From Rhodocyclaceae bacterium (lineage in GTDB: Bacteria; Pseudomonadota; Gammaproteobacteria; Burkholderiales; Rhodocyclaceae), in NCBI GenBank assembly GCA_024709955.1, contig JANJVS010000172.1, forward strand, positions 33,314 to 97,313: a stretch of DNA of 64,000 bases. Reading direction: 5' to 3'. A model generated the notes under the pieces. It searched no databases, was not told the DNA's origin, and saw only the letters and a program-made list of their open reading frames with translations. Each line of letters starts with the position of its first letter. Positions within the stretch are counted from its first letter, which is position 1. The position numbers were made by a program, and so were the translations under genes. This document shows positions 56,539 through 64,000 of the stretch, in pieces.

Positions 56539-57884
56539 GCAACGCCGCGCGCGTATTGGTCGTCGACGACGAGGCCGACATCCGCGAACTGCTGGACATG
56601 ACGCTGGCGCGCATGGGCCTCGCATGCGATTGCGCCGCCAGCGTGGCGGAAGCCAAGCAGTACCTCGCCGACCATGTCTATCAGCTTTGCCTGACCGACA
56701 TGCGCATGCCCGACGGCGACGGTCTGTCGCTGGTGCAGCATATCGGCGGCCATCACCCCACCCTGCCGGTCGCCGTGATCACGGCGCACGGCAGCACGGA
56801 GAACGCCGTCGCCGCGCTCAAGGCCGGCGCTTTCGACTATCTCTCCAAGCCCGTTTCCCTGGCCCAACTCCGCACCCTGGTCAAATCCGCGCTGACGCTG
56901 CCCGAGAAAAAGACCTGCGGGACGGCCCGCAGCCAGGATCTGCTCGGCAACTCGGCGCCCATGGCCCAGGTGCGCACCCTGATCGCCAAGGTCGCCCGCA
57001 GCGAGGCCCCCATCTATATTTCGGGCGAATCCGGCAGCGGCAAGGAACTCGCGGCGCGACTGATCCACCGGGAAAGCGTGCGCGGCGACAAGCCCTTCGT
57101 CGCGGTGAATTGCGGCGCGATTCCGGAAAACCTGATGGAAAGCGAGTTTTTCGGCTATCGCAAGGGCGCCTTCACCGGGGCGGAAACCGAGCGCGCCGGC
57201 TTCTTTCAAGCCGCCAACGACGGCACGCTGTTTCTCGACGAAGTCGCCGACCTGCCGCTGGCGATGCAGGTGAAGCTGTTGCGCGCCATCCAGGAAAAGC
57301 ATGTGCGACAGGTCGGCGCGACCGCTGAAGAGCCGGTCAATGTGCGCATCATCTGCGCCACGCATCAGGATCTGCGCCGCCTCGTCGAGGAGGGCAAATT
57401 CCGCCAGGACCTGTTCTTCCGCATCAATGTCATCGAGATTCGCATGCCGCCCCTGCGCGAATGCCGCGAGGACGTGCCGGACCTGGCGCACCGCATCCTC
57501 GAACGACTGACGGCCGGCAGCGGTTCCACCCCGCCGGCGCTCACGCGCCAGGCCCTCGCCGCCCTGCAGGATTACGCCTTTCCCGGCAACGTGCGCGAAC
57601 TGGAAAACATTCTCGAACGGGCGCTGGCGCTGCATGGCGATGGCGTCATCGAAGTGGCCGACCTCCAATTGCAGCCGGAAAAAGTCGGCGCTGGCGACAC
57701 GCTGGAATTCGGCGGCGGCCAGACCCTGCAGGACTTCCTTGACGAGCAGGAACGCCGCGCGATCCTCGATGCGCTGCAAAAAACCCGCTACAACCGCACC
57801 GCGGCGGCGCGCATTCTCGGCGTGACCTTCCGTTCGTTGCGCTACCGCATGGAGCGCCTCGGCCTGAATGACCGGGAAAGCTGA
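56502..57884 (+). CDS. pilR: Sigma54-dependent response regulator PilR
   Basis: Receiver VVDDE; GESGSGKE, ESEFFG..GAFTGA, PGNVREL; C-terminal HTH; follows pilS. Confidence 0.92.
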   Translation: MSRSPSRTADDLSNAARVLVVDDEADIRELLDMTLARMGLACDCAASVAEAKQYLADHVYQLCLTDMRMPDGDGLSLVQHIGGHHPTLPVAVITAHGSTENAVAALKAGAFDYLSKPVSLAQLRTLVKSALTLPEKKTCGTARSQDLLGNSAPMAQVRTLIAKVARSEAPIYISGESGSGKELAARLIHRESVRGDKPFVAVNCGAIPENLMESEFFGYRKGAFTGAETERAGFFQAANDGTLFLDEVADLPLAMQVKLLRAIQEKHVRQVGATAEEPVNVRIICATHQDLRRLVEEGKFRQDLFFRINVIEIRMPPLRECREDVPDLAHRILERLTAGSGSTPPALTRQALAALQDYAFPGNVRELENILERALALHGDGVIEVADLQLQPEKVGAGDTLEFGGGQTLQDFLDEQERRAILDALQKTRYNRTAAARILGVTFRSLRYRMERLGLNDRES

Positions 57885-57900
57885 CGCCAGACCGCCGCGG

Positions 57901-58443
57901 ATGCGGATCGATGCCGCCGGCTGGCTGAGCGATTGCACGCATATCGCCAGCCCCAATCATGACGCGCGGCCGGCCGACGCGGCGATCACCCTGGCCGTCA
58001 TTCACGCCATCAGCCTGCCGCCCGGCGAGTTTGGCGGCGGCGCGATCGCGGACCTATTCCTCAATCGCCTCGATCCCGCCGCTCATCCCTACTTCGCCGC
58101 CATCGCCGGCCAGCGCGTGTCCGCCCATTTCCTCATCCGTCGCGACGGCGGCCTGGTCCAGTTCGTTCCCTGCGCACGGCGCGCCTGGCATGCGGGCGCC
58201 TCCTGCTGGCGGGGGCGCGAGCGCTGCAACGACTTTTCGCTCGGCATCGAACTGGAGGGAGACGACCACAGCGACTTCGCCCCGGTGCAATATCTGACCC
58301 TGCGCGCATTACTCGACGTCCTGCGGCGGCACTACCCGATCGCGGCCATCGCAGGCCACGCCGACATCGCGCCCGGCCGCAAGACCGACCCGGGACCGCA
58401 CTTCGCGTGGCGGGAACTCGCGACGTCACTTGCCACCGCCTGA
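57901..58443 (+). CDS. ampD: 1,6-anhydro-N-acetylmuramyl-L-alanine amidase
   Basis: IHAISLPPGEF, VSAHFLIRRDG, AWHAG, NDFSLGIELEG, RKTDPG. Confidence 0.97.
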   Translation: MRIDAAGWLSDCTHIASPNHDARPADAAITLAVIHAISLPPGEFGGGAIADLFLNRLDPAAHPYFAAIAGQRVSAHFLIRRDGGLVQFVPCARRAWHAGASCWRGRERCNDFSLGIELEGDDHSDFAPVQYLTLRALLDVLRRHYPIAAIAGHADIAPGRKTDPGPHFAWRELATSLATA

Positions 58444-58507
58444 ACCGCGCCCACGTGGTTTCACTGCAACGCGAGTGAACCATGCCGCGTCGTCGATGCA
58501 ATTTATC

Positions 58508-58573
58508 TTGCATCGAAAAATGCGACCTACTACCATTAGTTCCCAAATGTCGTTGACCCACTATATCTAGTAG
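58508..58573 (+). promoter_or_regulatory. Sigma70 promoter overlapped by tandem NrdR-box-like sites
   Basis: TTGCAT(58508)-N17-TACCAT(58531). Box 1 CTACTACCATTAGTTC (58527), box 2 CCACTATATCTAGTAG (58558), 31 bp apart. Box 2 matches 12/16 of acaCwAtATaTwGtgt. Confidence 0.75.
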
Positions 58574-58607
58574 GTCGATGCTGTAAGGCAACCACTAAGG
58601 AAGGTGC

Positions 58608-58913
58608 ATGCAGGCAGACGTGGGCAGTAAGGCGAACGCACGAACCGAATCCCCGGATGGATTCGCCGCCATTGCTCCCCTTGCCGCCACTACCGGATCT
58701 TCCGCCAGCCAGCGGCCATTCGCGTTCCTTCTGGCCGCGCCGAACCCCATTTTTCCCGGCTTTCTCCGCCCCTCACAAATCCAAGGATGGGCCATGAAAG
58801 CGCATGAATTCATCGATTCCGGTCCGCCGGTGTTGCTGAATAATCCGTGCTGTTGTAGGCGGGTTGTTTGTAGTTCTTTCCTCAAACATGCAATGGAGGT
58901 TCACTATGGCTGA
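58608..58913 (+). pseudogene. Short ORF behind the NrdR operator, possible 5' remnant of a deleted ribonucleotide reductase gene
   Basis: Good RBS (AAGGAAGG) and ATG; low-complexity MQADVGSKANARTESPDGFAAIAPLAATTGSS start, then sequence that does not look protein-like; no RNR motifs. Confidence 0.4.
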
Positions 58914-59568
58914 AGAGAAGAAAGCCAAAAAACCGGCGGCGGTGAAGAAGGCTACTGCTGCTAAACCGGCTGCCAAAAAGGTTGCCGCTCCGAAGAAAGC
59001 TGCCGCTGCAAAGCCGGCCGCCAAGAAGGCTGCTGCACCGAAGAAGGCCGCTGCAAAACCGGCCGCCAAGAAGGCCGCCGCTCCGAAGAAGGCCGCTGCA
59101 AAGCCGGCCGCCAAGAAGGCCGCCGCTCCGAAGAAGGCCGCTGCAAAACCGGTCGCCAAGAAGGCCGCCGCTCCGAAGAAGGCCGCTGCAAAACCGGCCG
59201 CCAAGAAGGCCGCCGCTCCGAAGAAGGCCGCTGCAAAACCGGCCGTCAAGAAGGCCGCCGCTCCGAAGAAGGCCGCTGCAAAGCCGGTCGCCAAGAAGGC
59301 CGCCGCTCCGAAGAAGGCCGCTGCAAAACCGGTCGCCAAGAAGGCCGCTGCAAAACCGGCCGCCAAGCCGGTGGCGAAGAAGCCTGCCGCTGCAAAACCG
59401 GCCGCCAAAAAGGCCGCTGCCCCGAAAAAGGCTGCTGCTCCGAAGCCTGCCGCGGCACCCGCTGCGGCACCCGCTCCGGCGCCATCGACCGCTGCCGCGC
59501 CCGGTCTCAAGTCGTCGCTCAACCCGGCGGCTGCCTGGCCTTTCCCGACCGGCTCGCGCCCGTCCTGA
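58906..59568 (+). CDS. Histone H1-like Lys/Ala/Pro-rich nucleoid protein
   Basis: GGAGG RBS; PAAKKAAAPKKAAAK repeats; C-terminal LNPAAAWPFPT motif seen in betaproteobacterial H1-like proteins. Confidence 0.92.
   Translation: MAEEKKAKKPAAVKKATAAKPAAKKVAAPKKAAAAKPAAKKAAAPKKAAAKPAAKKAAAPKKAAAKPAAKKAAAPKKAAAKPVAKKAAAPKKAAAKPAAKKAAAPKKAAAKPAVKKAAAPKKAAAKPVAKKAAAPKKAAAKPVAKKAAAKPAAKPVAKKPAAAKPAAKKAAAPKKAAAPKPAAAPAAAPAPAPSTAAAPGLKSSLNPAAAWPFPTGSRPS
59014..59328 (+). repeat. Coding tandem repeat, 7 x 45 bp
   Basis: Unit about CCGGCCGCCAAGAAGGCCGCCGCTCCGAAGAAGGCCGCTGCAAAA, in frame in the H1-like gene. Confidence 0.93.
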
Positions 59569-59586
59569 TCGGCAGTACTCGGCACC

Positions 59587-59624
59587 AAGGCTGGAGACCG
59601 CTCGCGCGGTCGCCAGCCTTTTTT
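59587..59624 (+). terminator. Terminator after the H1-like gene
   Basis: AAGGCTGG..GACCG/CGGTC..CCAGCCTT-TTTT. Confidence 0.8.
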
Positions 59625-59653
59625 CCTTGTCAGGCACGCCGCCGCGGCATCCC

Positions 59654-60817
59654 TCAGCCGCGGCGGGCGAAAAACGCCTCCATGCGCGCCAGTCCCGCGG
59701 CAAGCTTTTCCACGCCCACCGTATAGGCAAAGCGCATGTGGCGCGCGGGATCGTTCGCGCCGAAATCCAGTCCCGGCGTGGCGGCCACGCCCGCATCTTC
59801 GATCAGGCGCTCCGCCAGGCCGAAGCTATCCTGGCCCAGGTCGCCGATGTCCGCATAGATGTAGAAAGCCCCCTGCGGCTCCGCGCCGATGCGGAAGCCG
59901 AGCTTGCGCAACCCCGGCAGCAGCAGGTCGCGGCGCGCGCGGAAGGCCGCGCGGCGCTCCTCGAGAATCTCCAGCGTCGCCGGCGCGAATGCGGCGAGCG
60001 CCGCATGCTGGGCCGGCGTCGAGGGGGCGATGTAGAGGTTCTGGGCAAGCTTCTCGACATTGCGCACCATGGCCGGCGGCACCACCAGCCAGCCGAGCCG
60101 CCAGCCGGTCATGCCGAAATACTTCGAGAAGCTGTTGATGACGACGATCTCGTCGGAGATTTCCAGCGCGGTACGGGCATCGCTGCCGTAGGTCAGGCCA
60201 TGGTAGATCTCATCGACGATCAGGTTGCCACCGCGCACGCGCACGGTCTCCCAGAGCGCGGCCAGTTGCGTCGGATCGATCAGGGTGCCGGTCGGATTGG
60301 CGGGCGAGGCGACCAGCAGCCCCTTGGTCTGCACCGTCCAGCCAGCGCCGACTTTTTCGGCCGTCGGCTGGAAGTTGGTCGCCGCATCGACGGCCAGCGC
60401 GCGCGGCACGCCTTCGAGCAGGCGCACGAAATGGCGGTTGCAAGGATAACCAGGGTCGGTGAGCAGCCATTCGTCGCCCGGGCTGATCAGCGCGCCGAGG
60501 GCAAGCAGCAACGCCCCCGAGGCGCCGGCGGTGACGACGATGCGGGCCGGATCGACGCTCACGCCGTAGCGGCTCGCGTAGAAGCCGGCGATCGCCTCGC
60601 GCAGCCGCGGCAGGCCCAGCGCATGGGTATAGAACACCTGGCCGCCGGCGATGAAACGCTGCGCCGCCTCGATGATCGGCTGCGGGGTCGGGAAGTCGGG
60701 CTCGCCGACCTCCATGTGGACGATCTCGCGGCCGGCGGCTTCGAGGGCCTTGGCCTTGGCCATGAGTTCCATGACGTGGAAGGGCCCGATCTCGGCCATG
60801 CGCGCGGCGATGTTCAT
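59654..60817 (-). CDS. PLP-dependent aminotransferase, class I/II
   Basis: EVGEPDF, SPANPTG, VDEIY, SFSKYFGMTGWRLG. Confidence 0.95.
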   Translation of the reverse strand: MNIAARMAEIGPFHVMELMAKAKALEAAGREIVHMEVGEPDFPTPQPIIEAAQRFIAGGQVFYTHALGLPRLREAIAGFYASRYGVSVDPARIVVTAGASGALLLALGALISPGDEWLLTDPGYPCNRHFVRLLEGVPRALAVDAATNFQPTAEKVGAGWTVQTKGLLVASPANPTGTLIDPTQLAALWETVRVRGGNLIVDEIYHGLTYGSDARTALEISDEIVVINSFSKYFGMTGWRLGWLVVPPAMVRNVEKLAQNLYIAPSTPAQHAALAAFAPATLEILEERRAAFRARRDLLLPGLRKLGFRIGAEPQGAFYIYADIGDLGQDSFGLAERLIEDAGVAATPGLDFGANDPARHMRFAYTVGVEKLAAGLARMEAFFARRG

Positions 60818-60828
60818 GCGGTCTCCTG

Positions 60829-60860
60829 AAACAAAACGGCCACCCCTCGGGATGGCCGTT
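60829..60860 (-). terminator. Terminator after pckG
   Basis: AACGGCCA..TGGCCGTT stem followed by TTTTGTTT on the minus strand. Confidence 0.7.
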
Positions 60861-60882
60861 CGATTCTAGCGGTTCGGCGCGC

Positions 60883-62721
<1,839 letters not shown>

Positions 62722-62887
62722 CGATTCATCTCCACTTTGAAAAGTCGGCGCTGGCGGCACGGTGATCCGCTGCACTCTGTTGTATTCGGCCGGCCATTCT
62801 GCCATAGACGGATTCGATAGGTCGATTACGAACACGCGAAAGCGCCTAGAATCGCGCATCCGCAAACACATCGCCCCGAGGGTTTTC

Positions 62888-64000
62888 ATGGACGACAACC
62901 TGCGCCGCGCCGCGCTCGACTATCACCGCCTGCCCCGCCCCGGCAAGATCGCCGTCACGCCGACCAAGGCGCTGACCAACCAGTCCGACCTGTCGCTGGC
63001 CTATTCGCCCGGCGTCGCCGCCGCCTGCGAGGAGATCGAGCGCGATCCCGCCACGGCCGCCCTCTACACCTCGCGGCAGAACCTCGTCGCCGTCATCTCC
63101 AACGGCACGGCGGTGCTGGGTCTGGGCGACATCGGCCCGCTGGCCGGCAAGCCGGTGATGGAAGGCAAGGGCGTGCTGTTCAAGAAGTTCGCCGGCATCG
63201 ACGTGTTCGACATCGAGATCGCCGAGCACGACCCGGACAAACTCGTGGACATCATCGCCGCGCTGGAGCCCACCTTCGGCGGCATCAACCTGGAAGACAT
63301 CAAGGCGCCCGAGTGCTTTCTGGTCGAACGCAAGCTGCGCGAGCGCCTGCGCATCCCGGTCTTTCACGACGACCAGCACGGCACGGCGATCATCTCCGCC
63401 GCCGCGGTGCTCAACGGCCTGCGCGTGGTCGGCAAGGACATCGCCCAGGTGAAGCTGGTCTGCTCCGGCGCGGGCGCGGCGGCGATCGCCTGTCTCGACC
63501 TGATCGTCAGCCTCGGCGTGGACCGCAAGAACGTCACGGTCTGCGACAGCAAGGGCGTGATCCACACCGGCCGGCAGAACCTGGACGAATCGAAACAGCG
63601 CTACGCCCGGGACACCGAGGCGCGCACGCTCGCCGACGCGATGCCCGGCGCCGACATCTTCCTCGGCCTGTCCACCGGTGGCGTGCTCAAGCCCGAGATG
63701 GTCGCCGGCATGGCCGAGAACCCGATCATCCTGGCGATGGCCAACCCCGACCCGGAGATCCTGCCCGAGGACGCCCACGCCGTGCGCCCCGACTGCATCA
63801 TCGGCACCGGCCGTTCGGACTATCCGAACCAGGTGAATAACGTGCTGTGCTTCCCCTACATGTTCCGCGGCGCGCTCGACGTCGGCGCGACGACCATCAA
63901 CGAGCCGATGAAGATCGCCGCCGTGCGCGCCATCGCCGAACTCGCCCACGCCGAGCAGTCGGAGGTGGTCGCCGCGGCCTACGGCGACGCGCACCTTTCC
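62888..64000 (+). CDS. maeB: NADP-dependent malic enzyme, 5' part (runs off the right edge)
   Basis: Hand translation: [64 protein letters not shown]. Confidence 0.95.
   Translation, partial: MDDNLRRAALDYHRLPRPGKIAVTPTKALTNQSDLSLAYSPGVAAACEEIERDPATAALYTSRQNLVAVISNGTAVLGLGDIGPLAGKPVMEGKGVLFKKFAGIDVFDIEIAEHDPDKLVDIIAALEPTFGGINLEDIKAPECFLVERKLRERLRIPVFHDDQHGTAIISAAAVLNGLRVVGKDIAQVKLVCSGAGAAAIACLDLIVSLGVDRKNVTVCDSKGVIHTGRQNLDESKQRYARDTEARTLADAMPGADIFLGLSTGGVLKPEMVAGMAENPIILAMANPDPEILPEDAHAVRPDCIIGTGRSDYPNQVNNVLCFPYMFRGALDVGATTINEPMKIAAVRAIAELAHAEQSEVVAAAYGDAHLS

Noticed and set aside
56915-56932. CTGCGGG-ACGG-CCCGCAG hairpin in the pilR linker resembling the repeat core
   Set aside because: Only the GGG-ACGG-CCC kernel matches and the upstream module is absent; plausible by chance at this GC content.
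59014-59328. Regular repeats as a possible CRISPR array
   Set aside because: Head-to-tail in-frame coding units with no unique spacers and no cas genes.
58773-59588. Antisense ORF with AAGFAAAFFG repeats
   Set aside because: Mirror of the H1-like gene; the plus frame has the RBS, the conserved tail and a terminator.
62722-62898. N-terminal extension of pckG in the ORF track, overlapping maeB
   Set aside because: It would overlap the divergent maeB start; ATG 62721 has a GGAG RBS and gives a normal length.

Overview
High-GC betaproteobacterial chromosome segment. Gene content and order suggest a Rhodocyclales-like sulfur oxidizer (inference). Left to right: a minor type IV pilin cassette (pilE-fimT-pilV-pilW-pilX-pilY1, pilY1 running off the left edge) downstream of ribF-ileS-lspA-fkpB-ispH; tsaE-amiC divergent from queG; a Rieske oxygenase-STAS/SEC14-sulfurtransferase operon; xseB-ispA-dxs-folE2; rpsP-rimM-trmD-rplS; ilvB-ilvN-ilvC-psd-pssA-leuA; an ECF sigma/DUF3619/DUF3106/RDD unit; lptFG; pepA-holC-ORF-valS; a roughly 9.5 kb sulfur module (soeABC, tusA, dsrE2-like, Met-rich FadL-like channel, tandem DUF302-like periplasmic protein, plus two divergent genes); a porin; rplU-rpmA-obgE-proB; ispB; tRNA-Pro(CGG); pilS-pilR-ampD; a histone H1-like gene; an aminotransferase; pckG; and the start of maeB. 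No integrase, transposase, prophage or CRISPR array was found. Best leads: (1) a sigma70 promoter with two NrdR-like boxes 31 bp apart and no ribonucleotide reductase gene behind it, now facing a short ORF and the H1-like gene; (2) a possible outer-membrane-to-cytoplasm sulfur relay with a shared palindromic operator; (3) an intergenic repeat family whose arms differ in sequence but stay complementary; (4) a PopZ-like ORF directly upstream of valS. Family calls come from recognised motifs, not database searches, and all counts were made by hand.
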